From contig OZ024747.1 of assembly GCA_964016885.1 (NCBI GenBank), positions 22,692,001-22,756,000 of the forward strand: a stretch of DNA of 64,000 nt, read 5' to 3'. The notes below the pieces were generated by a model. That model worked only from the letters and a program-made list of their open reading frames with translations, made no database searches and was not told the DNA's origin. The stretch comes from Eledone cirrhosa. Lineage: Eukaryota. This document shows positions 29,601 to 41,266 of this stretch, piece after piece (position 1 is the first letter of the stretch; each line of letters begins with the position of its first letter). The translations under genes were made by a program, and so were the position numbers.

Positions 29601-32600
29601 AAGGAAGAACCTAGAAGAACCTACACTAATAACCGAAAAAGAAGAGTTGGATGCTGCTATTGAATTGTTAGGTGGGTTTGATCTGTCTGTTTATACATGG
29701 TCAACTACAAATGTAACATCTTAGAAGTTCATTTTGTTTATATGTATATATATCCTCATCATTTTATGTCCTCTTTCCATGCTGACTTGGGTTGGATGAG
29801 TTTTTACAGGCCAAGTTAGTTCTTATTACTGCCACCCTAAATGAGTTTGGAAGATCACATTATGCTCATAGGTTTCAGTTTTTAACGTAACTGCTATAAC
29901 TGAATACTCTTCCTAACACAAACCACTTTACAGAGTGCATTGGATAAATTTGATCATGGCATTAGCACTAAAGAGGTCTTCATGTCCTGGTTAAGACTAA
30001 AGAGCTCTCTCTACTTTACAGTATCTTTACTTGATCATGAACCAACCACTTTACAGAGTGTACTGTATGCATTTTGTCGTGGCACTAGCACTAGATAGGT
30101 TGCCCTTGCACCCATATAGCAAAAAGAGTCCTCTCCACTCTACATCAGCTGTTTTCTTTCATGGCAAATGTGCCCAAAGGAAGAATCTAGATGTTCAGAA
30201 GTTTCATTGGAAGTGGTAGAAAGCTTTTGCTATTTGAGTGATCTCATTAGTAATAGAGGTGGATGTACCAAAAGTGTTATAGCTTGTTTGAGAACAAAGT
30301 GGGAGAAGTTCAAGGAGCTGTTACCTTTTGAGTGAAGGGCAGATTATATGATGCATGTGTTTGAACTGAAATGCTACATGACAGTGAGGCATGAAACTTA
30401 AATGCAGAAGATTTACAGCAGTAAAACAGAAATGAGGCACGTATGCTTTGCTGGAGGTGTAAGGCTACTGCGTATGAAAGAAAGCACAAGTGAACTGAGA
30501 GAAAAGTTGAAGATAAAAGAGATGATTGCATTGATATGGTCATGTGATGCACAAGGAGAGTGAAGTGAGTGTTGTATAAAAATGTACCAAGTGTTTGAGA
30601 TAGATGGAAACTGTAGATGAAGGAGACCAAGGAATTTGAAGGGTTGTATAATAGTTTTTTTTAAAATATTTTTCCTGCAGAAAACCCCAGAGATTTAAAA
30701 TCTGAAGGAGTGACTTCACTTTCTTCTGCTGGTTTTAAGCTGAGTAAGGTCAGTAATATTTTCCTAATTTATCATAAAGTCATTTTCATGTGTAACTAAT
30801 CAGATATCTAATGATGTCATATAATTGGCAGAATCAGTAGAAAACCAGTTTGCTCGACAATAGGTTGACGGTTTATATCTCACCACTGATACTTTATTTT
30901 ATGTTTGGAAAAAAAACCCGCTAAACCTTTTTGTGGCCATATTTCTAAGGAAATATGATGTCTATATATTTTTGAAAATAATCAAAAATTTAGGTTGATT
31001 TAATTAAATATGTGATTATTAATTATTTATTAAGTTATTGCTTGAAACATAACTTAAAAGATTCTGACATAAAATAAAATTATAATAAAAGGTCTTAATT
31101 TAAACATTTTGATACCAACCAGCCTGAAACCACCTCTATTTCTATGAATAAAAAATACCTATTTTAAAGGTTCCCATGTAAATTAAAATCAGCCAACATA
31201 ATTGTATATAAGAACATTTTGATAGGTTATGTTACAAATATCATCTTAATAATTTTAGTAAATCCTTCCAAATTCTTCATTAATTACACTCCATCCTGTA
31301 AGGTGTTAGTATCAGAGTCATGATAAAATTATACATCACTGCTATATAACCTCCACTATATAATCTAGAATATTTGAAAATATTCTTTTGTTGCAGACTT
31401 TGCGTGAAAGAGAAAATTCTCAAGTAAGACTGAACATCAAGTGAGTTATATCTATTATATTTATATGTACTGGTTTGTCTTCTCTGTGCTCCAAGGTTGT
31501 GAAATTTGGCATTATTGACTTTCAGCTGAGGGCAGTGAATTGGCAGAGGTGTTAAGAGTTTTGGACAAAATGATTTCTGGTATTTAGTTACGATTTTCTA
31601 TGTTCTGAGTTCAAATTCTGCTGAGGTCAACTTTACTTTTCATCCTTCCAGGGTTGATAAAATAAAATGGATATGGCAGAGTTGTCAGAGCATTGGTCAA
31701 AATGCTTAGTAGTATTTTGTTTTATTGCTTTATTTTCTGTGTTCAAATCCCATTGAGGTCAACTTTGACTTTTACCTTTCAATATTTGATCAAATAAAGC
31801 ACCAGTCAAGTACTGGGGCCAATTTAATCAACTTTCCATTCCCCCAAATTACCTAATTTAGATACCATTAATTATATGGTATTGTGCAGTGTCATTTTTC
31901 ACATGATGTTCTTGTTAATTATTTTACAGATTGTATCCCAGTGCAAGTGATATTGATTCCAGTAAGTTCATTATTATTCTTGTAAATGTTATTATTTTCA
32001 ACTGTACATAAATCCTTTATAACTAATACACCTTAGTCTCAGTCTAAAGTCTGTCTCAAGCCAGAAGGCTCGTTAGACCTTGTGCCTAAATTAGAGATCA
32101 ATATATTTGGTGACAAAGTGCTATAAATTCAATGTTAAAAGGTGCTTATGAGGCAGATAAGGAAAAATTCCACAATGTTAAATTTTAAAAATTTGACTCC
32201 ACAAATGCATTGCAAGCACATCCATTATATGTTAATGTGATAAAATAAATATTAGAATGGCTATTTGTTCTCATCATTGTCTTTGCTTGATATTTTACTG
32301 TAATATTTTCAGTGATATCCGAAAGCAATTGTTTTCGTGAAAACAGAAGAGATATAGACCAAGAAAGTCTAGGTAAGTAAACATTAAAACAAACCTAAAC
32401 TCTTTTGATATCAAACTGCCTGGATTTATGGTATAGAACTGTTAATTTTAAAATGTTTATCCTTATCTCAAGACTTTTCATTATAATTTTATTTTAGCAA
32501 TTTTTGTTAAATAATGTTCTAAATATCAGCTTAGTAATGAGTTGGTTATTTTATTAATTTCCTCTGGATTTTTGGTTATTTTCAAAATTAAATGAAACAT

Positions 32601-35600
32601 GTAAGTAGGTGAAATACAGTAATGAAACAGTTTAGCATGTAGTGAACACTTAAACATGTAGTGAATATTTAAATATCTTGTAGCACCTAAGTATGTAATA
32701 AACACTTACTTAACCTTTTTGATGCCAACCAGCCTGAAACTATCATAGATTTATGCGATGCTCTAAATAATGGCTTACTAATGAAAATCTTAATTATTTT
32801 ATTAAATTCCTCCAAAAGTTTCAAAATGTTTTCCAAATTAATTGAAATACATAGGCAGTATATTTCATTGGAAATTCAGTAAATAAGGATTTAGCAACAA
32901 GTTGGTAGAGTCATTAGAACATAGGATGGAATGATGCATTCATATTCCACTGAAGTGAAGTTTGCTTTTCATCTTTTCAAGGCTGATAAAAAAAAGTACC
33001 AGTCCAATACTGGGGTCAATTCTTCTTCTATATTTCATTCTCACTCCTCAGGAATAAATCAGCTGTGTCCAGACTTAGCGAGGGGAAAAGCTTTGCCAAG
33101 TTTAAAGTGTCCAAGACAGGAGTTACGTGTCCATATGTACAATGGAATTGTTAACAAATATTCTGTATGTTGGGTTAGAGCAACAGTAGTTGTATGACTG
33201 ACAAATATTCTGTATGTTGGGTTAGAGCAACAGTAATGGTATGACTGACAAATATTCTGTATGTTGGGTTAGAGCAACAGTAGTGGTATGACTGACAAAT
33301 ATTCTGTATGTTGGGTTAGAGCAACAGTAGTGGTATGACTGACAAATATCCTGTATGTTGAGTTAGAGCAACAGTAGTGGTATGACTGACAAATATTCTG
33401 TATGTTGGGTTAGAGCAACAGTAGTGGTATGACTGACAAATATTCTGTGTTGGGTTAGAGCAACAGTAGTGGTATGACTGACAAATATTCTGTATGTTGG
33501 GTTAGAGCAACAGTAGTGGTATGACTGACAAATATTCTGTGTTGGGTTAGAGCAACAGTAGTTGTATGACTGACAAATATTCTGTATGTTGGGTTAGAGC
33601 AACAGTAGTGGTATGACTGACAAATATTCTGTATGTTGGGTTAGAGCAACAGTAGTGGTATGACTGACAAATATTCTGTATGTTGGGTTAGAGCAACAGT
33701 AGTGGTATGACTGACAAATATTCTGTATGTTGGATTAGAGCAACAGTAGTGGTATGACTGACAAATATTCTGTGTTGAGTTAGAGCAACAGTAGTGGTAT
33801 GACTGACAAATATTCTGTGTTGAGTTAGAGCAACAGTAGTGGTATGACTGACAAATATTCTGTATGTTGGGTTAGAGCAACAGTAGTTGTATGACTGACA
33901 AATATTCTGTGTTGAGTTAGAGCAACAGTAGTTGTATGACTGACAAATATTCTGTATGTTGGGTTAGAGCAACAGTAGTGGTATGACTGACAAATATTCT
34001 GTATGTTGGGTTAGAGCAACAGTAGTTGTATGACTGACAAATATTCTGTGTTGGGTTAGAGCAACAGTAGTTGTATGACTGACAAATATTCTGTATGTTG
34101 AGTTAGAGCAACAGTAGTTGTATGACTGACAAATATTCTGTATGTTGGGTTAGAGCAACAGTAGTTGTATGACTGACAAATATTCTGTATGTTGAGTTAG
34201 AGCAACAGTAGTTGTATGACTGACAAATATTCTGTATGTTGGGTTAGAGCAACAGTAGTTGTATGACTGACAAATATTCTGTATGTTGAGTTAGAGCAAC
34301 AGTAGTTGTATGACTGACAAATATTCTGTATGTTGGGTTAGAGCAACAGTAGTTGTATGACTGACAAATATTCTGTATGTTGGGTTAGAGCAACAGTAGT
34401 TGTATGACTGACAAATATTCTGTATGTTGGGTTAGAGCAACAGTAGTTGTATGACTGACAAATATTCTGTATGTTGAGTTAGAGCAACAGTAGTGGTATG
34501 ACTGACAAATATTCTGTATGTTGGGTTAGAGCAACAGTAGTTGTATGACTGACAAATATTCTGTATGTTGGGTTAGAGCAACAGTAGTTGTATGACTGAC
34601 AAATATTCTGTGTTGGGTTAGAGCAACAGTAGTGGTATGACTGTAAAATATCACTGAACCTTTTCAGTTAATATCAGTTCTCTGTGTTTCAGCAACAAGC
34701 TACAGATTTGATGATAGTGATGATAACATTGAAAGTGCCTCACAAATATCTGCCAACACCAACGTCAGTCTAATTTTTAATTCTTTGTTACATTCTGCAT
34801 TATCCATTTGTGTTAACCCTTTAGCATTTAAACTGGCCATATCCAGCCAGAATTCTCTCACCTCTTTCTGTTTCAAACAGGCTGTAACCGACCACTGATA
34901 CTGATGTTAATGTATTATTCTCAAAATAAATAATATCAAAATCTGATAAATTCAATAGTAAATATAGAGTAATGTAAATGCTAAAGGGTTAAATTCCATA
35001 GTCACATTTTTCGTTATATTCTTTCTAACAGTATTTTTAACTTCAAGTATAAATATAATTTTAACACATTTCTAATACTAAGCTCTCTTTACTATAAACT
35101 TTCTAATGGTTAATTAAAATATTTTCTAATCAGCAAAGTTTCTACTTTTGCTTGCTTGGTGTTATAACAGGTTGAGGGTTCTTCAAGGTGGGTTGTTGAC
35201 ACTCCGTAGAATAGTCAGATGACGGGCTACCATCATGGTGGTGAGCCACAGGTCACTGCTGGTCTGGAGCCTCCACGGGAAACCCACCTGCCTTACCAGG
35301 AGCAAAGCACCAGACAGTAGCACTCTCTTGGATCTACAGAACATGCAAGCCCCCTCGCCATGATAAAGCCAAACCCAGACTACTTTTGCCTATATTTCAG
35401 TACAGTATTTTCTTCACTATAAATATTCTAATTGTTAGTGAATATATTTTCCAACTACTTAGATTTCTACTTTTGCCTACATATATTTCAATATAGTATA
35501 TCTAAGCAAGTATATAGTATATCTAAGGAAGTTTTAAAATTATTATTAGAATTGTTATATCCCCAAAGACTGTGAGGTCGGTAGACTGACTTGAGTACTG

Positions 35601-38600
35601 ACTGTGTGAAGACCCATCCAATCCTTGCTTGCAGGGAAAATAGGTGTTAAATGTTGATGAAAGTGATGATGTTACGCACATACATATGTGCAGGTACACT
35701 CACATATGTACATACATGTCCTCACACAAGCACACATATTGTTTATGGATGTATATTAATGATTTGTTTAAATTTATTAACTTTTTCAGAAAAGATATCA
35801 ATGGAACTCTGCAGATTCAGAAGGTAAGTCTTAACTGAAATAAAAACTAAAGAAAATTCAAATTCTCATTATTTTCTTCTATACATCAGAATGGTATTTA
35901 AATTGTTTATATTAACTTCTAATATAATAAAGTAGAAAATATTTGGGGTTGAAATGTTCTAGAAATTCGGACATTGGAAAATTTTGTTAGAGGAATTATA
36001 GCATAATTCTAAGGAAGAAACATCTTCCCACCGATAAAAGAATAATCTGTTGACTCCACTCACTTCAATTCAATCAAATGTTTCCATGATTAGCAGGGAA
36101 GGCAGGCAGCCTTCAAAGATAATAGGATGTGATTTGATGGCTGCTATTTCTAGCATGTTTAACAACCATATAGAGATGCCCTGGTTGGCTTGTCTAAACT
36201 TACGTTACCATATTTTTAATGGCAAATTTTACTACAATTATGATTAATCATAAATAATTATTAATGATTTCATTGCACTAATGTAAGACTATGATAGATT
36301 TTAATTCAATTAGGAACCTTTTAAAAAGAGGGATTTTGTTTCACAGATCCAGAGCCAGTTTTGACTTGGTTGGTATCAAAAGGGCATTTCATTATGTTTT
36401 TATGCTCATTACATTGAATATGTTGATATTGCTGCAGACGTGACTGTATTGTCAAAAAATTAAGCTCACTTGACAACTATGTGGTTTTGGGCTTCATCTC
36501 ACTACCTGGCACTTTGGGTAAACTAATATCTTGTGCATGATTTTAGTAGACATAAAAAGGTCTCGGAGCCAAATGTGACAACCACTGTACAATTTCCAAG
36601 AATGCGCTGTCAGATGTAAAAGTATTCTCTCTACCTGAACATCTTAGTCTTGAGATAACATTTCTTCAAATCTTGGATAACTTTATCAAAATGAATCAAG
36701 AATTACTGGTTACTAGTGTTTTAAGATGTTTATTTGTTATTTCAGAAGCATACATAAGCAGCCCCAGCACAAAACGTTTTTTGTACAAACAACATTCAAG
36801 TAAATCTCTCAATAGGTAAGTAATTTACTCGTGTGTGTATGTGATTATTGTTAAAAGTGTATAGTGAGGAATAGCTAATGTAATATGCACTCTCATAGTC
36901 ACAAGATAAACTGCACTGCATTAACCTTACACAGTTATCACTGTCTTCTAGTCTAAAATAACAAGATGAAAGCCAATCACAGCAAGAAATAACTAAAATA
37001 TATTTTTAACAAACATTATGTATATCTACTCAATCTCTTGGATTTTTATGAAGCAGTTAATATAAAGAGTGGTGTGCTCATGTGTGGAGATGCTATGAAA
37101 TAGGATGAAGACCCTTAAAAACGGAAAAAGAAGTTGAAATTGACCTCATAGCAACTTTTTTTTCTCCCTTTAAGGGTCTTCATCCTAGTTTATAGTATCT
37201 CCATGCATGAGCACACCCATCTTTATATTTTTATTAGATTACCGTATATACTTGCGTATAGGTCGCACTTTTTTAACTATAAATTTTTGGGGTGCGACCT
37301 ATCCGATCGATATCAGACTGATCAATGATCTTTCATAGACTTAATCAACGATGGGTATTTATAAAAATAACTTTGTTAATAATTGTTATTATTTAACATA
37401 ATAATTTCATATATCTACCTTCTTACACATATATTTCTTGATTTTAAATTTTTTACTAAAACTTTGTAGTGTTCACGTTTTTTTCTATCTGACCGAACCA
37501 TCCGTCATTAAAATCCATAGAAATGCATACCCGGTATTTAAAATGTGATTTCATTGTCTTAGCGTTGCTATGAACATGTATTGTGACGTATTTACTTAAA
37601 CAGGAAACAGATTATTGCATGTGGTGAATTATTTAAAAATGCAGATATAATCAGTACAAGGTTTTAGTCTTTCTCTACATTCCAGGCAAATATTTTCATT
37701 GAAAAAAAATGTATAAAACCTTTTCACCAATCAAAATAATATTTGCAATGTAATCTTACACAATGTACGGTGTAAATTTACGTAACAGAGTCTTCCCAAT
37801 ATATAAGTTCATTAACAGGTGTGAACATGTATTGGTGTTGTATCTTTCAACCACGTTGCCCGTCAGATCTTCGCTTTCACTTTCAAAGTAACTATCATCG
37901 TCAGAAATACGTCTGATTCATTTGAAGATAAATCACTAATATTATCTTGTTTCTTTTTCATTTTGAATGTCGTCCCATGTAAATCATTCAAAGTCGGTAT
38001 TCGCTACTTTGAGAAGCCATGTTGATATGCTAAAAATCTGTTATACTTTCAACGTTAAAAAACAGGTGTTATTTCAAGTTGTTTCACTATATTAAGAGTT
38101 AATTTTCGTGTGCTTAAAGGCTTTAATTGACGAGATTTCGATGACGTTAATGTTTATTTTATAAATAAAACATGGTTTGGAGTATATATCGCAACGGCAA
38201 AGTAATGGAAAGCTAACAGATTATTAGTTTCAATTATCATAAAAAATAGTAGTTTAACGGCCCAAATTTCAGTGCGACCTATCTGCGAGTATATACGGTA
38301 CATACCTAAAATTTGTTTCAAATTGGGAAGATAAATATTTTAATGATTCCACAAAATCATGTGCCTTTAACACAAGTCTCAGGCAGATTCAGCATGCTGC
38401 TGATTGTAATAACCTTTGGGTTACAGGTACAACTTAAAGTTGCCAGTAGAGTGGACTGGAGTAATGTGAAATAAAGTTACTTGCTCAAGGACACAGCACT
38501 CTGCTGGTGATTGAATTTACGACCTTACAATCTTGAGCTGAACACACTAAGCCACACCTCCAGAGAGAGAGAAGACTAATGGAAATACATTTTTATTTTA

Positions 38601-40799
38601 TTTCTTAAGTTTGTAGCATGACTGAGGTTAACTTTGCCTTTCATCCTTTCGAGGTCAATAAAAAAGAAAAAAAAAATTTACCAGTCTAGTACTGGGGTCA
38701 ATTCTTCCTCTCTCTGGAAGAAACCTACTGTGATCAAAATTGACGGAAGATACGAAGTAGGCAGACCCAGAAAAACCTGGGACGTTTGATAAATTCCGAC
38801 CTTACACCTCTCTAAGACAATGTCACTGGACTGAGATCCAAGATCTTTGGCGCTACGCAGTAATACAGAAGACCCGCCTTGCCTAAGTACAAAGAGAAAC
38901 CTAGTCAGTAGGCACCCCCACCTCTTTCTCTGTAAAGTTATGTTGGTACAAGATCCAGTCCTAAATAAATGAGGTCGTGTGGGTGTCACAACAAAAAAAA
39001 AGTCCACACTGTAATGTGGCCGTGTAGGTAACATAGTAAAAACCTCAGTTCCACACTGTAAACGTGGTTGGTGTTAGGAAGGGCATCCAGCCATAGAAAA
39101 CCTGCCAGACGACCAATCTTGCCTCAAGTGGGACAATTCTTGTCTAAACTCATGCTAGCGTGGAAGATAGACGTTAACTGATAATGATGATGATTTTAAA
39201 TGTGGCTATTATTAATCTATTTTAATTTATTAGCTTTCAAATTTCACCAACCCCAAAACCAAACTACAGCGTACCTTTACCAGCAACAAGTCCCATGGCC
39301 GTTTTATCGAAGAAAGCGAAGACACGAGAGGTAAGAATTAGTCATGTATGATGTCTGCTGTTAATCTATTTACAATTACAGTATAATGTGCCATAATATC
39401 GCACTGTAATATTTTAAATGTGAAATACAAAGAATAATCTATTACTCCTTTCATGTTTCTCTGCTTGATGATAATTTGAATATTTCTTACCATACACTAA
39501 ACCTTGAACTACAATATAACGATGTATCTTAGTTTTACAGACTGGTTAACTCTTAACTCCCTGTACCGCATGAAACCGCACTAACAAGACATTTTTGAAA
39601 AATATAAACACCACTACGACTGCATCACATAAAAAAAAAAAAAAGTTTTAAAAAGTAGTAAACTTATTTTTTTAGATATTTTCTGCTAAATCACAGGATA
39701 TTATGAAACTGGTCTAATCAATACTAATTGTACTGGTATCATTTATAACTGTTGTACTCAAGCCAGAAATATATAAGACTACCTTAGTGTATTTCCAAGT
39801 TCAAAACCTGCTGGGATGCAAAATACTTAGTTGCATATTTTGTTCTGTTCATTAGCCATACCAGCAAGAATCACAAATGAGTTTAAACAGAGAACAATTA
39901 CAGAGACTGAAGACGAGTAGTTCTGGTTGGAATGTTGCTCCTGAATCAGACACAAGCATTTTATCTTCATACACTAACAGTAAGTAACATTATTCTTGTC
40001 TTATACCAATATTTAATAGCTTTGGACCTAGGATACAAGTGTTTATAGTTATCACCCATAACTTTATGTAAAAAAACATTCATATCCCCTGAACATTGAA
40101 GTTAATTATATGATTATTTTAAAACGCCAAACTATGACTTAGAAATGTTAAAATTTTTCTTATGGCTCAGAAAAAGTGCCCAGGACCTTTTCCAGACGTC
40201 ATCCTCTAACAGATGATGTTATGTATACATACTTAATACCTAACTTCTGGTTTGACAGGCTTCCAACTGTAAAATTCCACTTAGTATCCTCCTAACCATT
40301 TGTTTGGCTTATGGTTGGATGCCCTTTCTATTACCAAATACTTTACATTTACCATAGAAACAGCCTGAGTATTTTATGCTGGTATGGATCTCACCTTACA
40401 CAGTATAAAAATATCAACTATTTTGATTTTGGCTGAGTTAAACCACACCTTTCATTGCTTTGAAGCTCAATAGAAGTACATGTTCAGTACCATATTGATT
40501 ATTTTCCTTTTTATTCCCTTACACACTTAGAAGAAATTGAGTGTCCAGATCTGGACACTGCCAGGTTCTAAATGCTGTAGGCGTTGGTTTCGTTATGGCA
40601 TTCCTACCCTACAACTCCACAAAGAGTTGAGGGCCCTTTATACATTTTACAAACGGGACTAAATGGGCTCCTGAATACTGGAGATGGATGAACTGTAAAA
40701 TGTGAGGCTCATAGATGTACCATGATCATATACTTACTATATTTTATGATGCAATCAAAAATGAATTTCTCATAATGTTATATTATTTCAGGATTCTAA
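23683..40799 (+). CDS. C8orf34: C8orf34 (VEST1)-like protein with N-terminal RIIa/DPY30-type dimerisation-docking domain, about 504-515 aa
   Basis: Phase-compatible GT-AG exons: 23683-23739, 24558-24653, 25687-25732, 25922-25990, 26275-26412, 27834-27997, 28411-28601, 29526-29671, 30681-30748, 31397-31440, 31930-31961, 32313-32372, 34693-34763, 35790-35823, 36746-36815, 39234-39330, 39856-39979, then either 40531-40571 or 40792-40799 (stop). The N-terminus MLTEAQVYIEKHKITALFEDLMNKLVRNAPENPVIYLIKQL and the internal block DAAIELLENPRDLKSEGVTSLSSAGFKLSK...VRLNI align with recalled human C8orf34 motifs ([20 protein letters not shown]...; DDAMELLEDLNDLRMEGVTTL...VTLNI). AATAAA near 40890-40908. 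Confidence 0.85.
26492..26704 (-). mobile_element. piggyBac-like MITE, family A, reverse orientation
   Basis: TTAA-TCCTTTAGCATTTAC ... TGCTAAAGGA-TTAA; the interior is the reverse complement of the 283-485 copy. Confidence 0.75.
29127..29334 (-). mobile_element. piggyBac-like MITE, family A, reverse orientation
   Basis: TTAA-CCCTTTAGCATTTAC ... TTAAATGGG-TTAA, with a small deletion in the right TIR. Confidence 0.75.
33154..34643 (+). repeat. 47-bp minisatellite, about 32 copies, in C8orf34-like intron 12
   Basis: Unit ACAAATATTCTGTATGTTGGGTTAGAGCAACAGTAGT(G/T)GTATGACTG, with 45-bp and G/A variants; no spacers. Confidence 0.97.
34813..34992 (+). mobile_element. piggyBac-like MITE, family A
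   Basis: TTAA-CCCTTTAGCATTTA ... TAAATGCTAAAGGG-TTAA with intact TIRs. Confidence 0.8.
37059..37229. repeat. Fold-back (hairpin) element of about 170 bp, probably a MITE
   Basis: AATATAAAGAGTGGTGTGCTCATGTGTGGAGATGCTATGAAATAGGATGAAGACCCTTAAA...AAGTTG pairs with CAACTT...TTTAAGGGTCTTCATCCTAGTTTATAGTATCTCCATGCATGAGCACACCCATCTTTATATT. Confidence 0.85.
37240..38300. mobile_element. Non-autonomous Tc1/mariner-superfamily (Tc2/pogo-like) DNA transposon, about 1.06 kb
   Basis: TA target duplication at both ends; 28-bp TIRs CCGTATATACT(T/C)GC(GT/AG)ATAGGTCGCACT with 3 mismatches; subterminal GTGCGACCTAT copy at about 37292; no transposase ORF. Confidence 0.85.
38720..39195 (+). mobile_element. RTE LINE 3' fragment with (GAT)n tail
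   Basis: GRPRKTW-coding remnant followed by a 3'UTR that is the reverse complement of 62021-62530. Confidence 0.75.
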
Positions 40800-40944
40800 C
40801 CAACCAGATTGACCAATTTATTGGTCAACGCGAGGATGAAGTTTGGTTCAAATTCAGCTGCTCAATTATGCATACGTATATCATTTGGAAATAAAATTTA
40901 AAATAAATCACCAACTTGCATTGTAAATTTATTTCAAAAACCAT

Positions 40945-41082
40945 TTAACCCTTTAGCATTTAAACCATATCCAGCCAGAATTCTCACATCTTTCTGTTCA
41001 TACTGATGTTAAGGTATTATAATTTTATAGATTCGATATTGTGCGAGATAAAGCCTTTACCGTGAAAATATAATAGTAAATG
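40945..41082 (+). mobile_element. piggyBac-like MITE, family A, truncated, between the convergent 3' ends of C8orf34-like and RPL30
   Basis: Left end TTAACCCTTTAGCATTTAAAC and the interior match family A; the right TIR is absent. Confidence 0.65.
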
Positions 41083-41266
41083 TTTTCCTTCTTTCTAAAT
41101 TTTCCCGAATCACTATCAATATACCTTTTCTTACTCTGCAGATTGGCCATTGTGGTATTCTTATTAACTGCACCAATCCCTTAGATAGGCCACACACAAC
41201 AATTGTATAAAGGACAAAAAACATCTGACGTGTTTAATTACACAATTTATTGATGCATACTACAGC

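Noticed and set aside
31930-31961. Out-of-frame TGT-A-TCC-CAG-TGC (C-SQC) echoing the CxxC recalled in vertebrate C8orf34
   Set aside because: It needs frameshifts and runs into TGA, whereas the annotated frame (KLYPSASDIDS) is open and phase-compatible. It may be coincidence.
33154-34643. CRISPR-like array (47-bp unit)
   Set aside because: Head-to-tail minisatellite without spacers.
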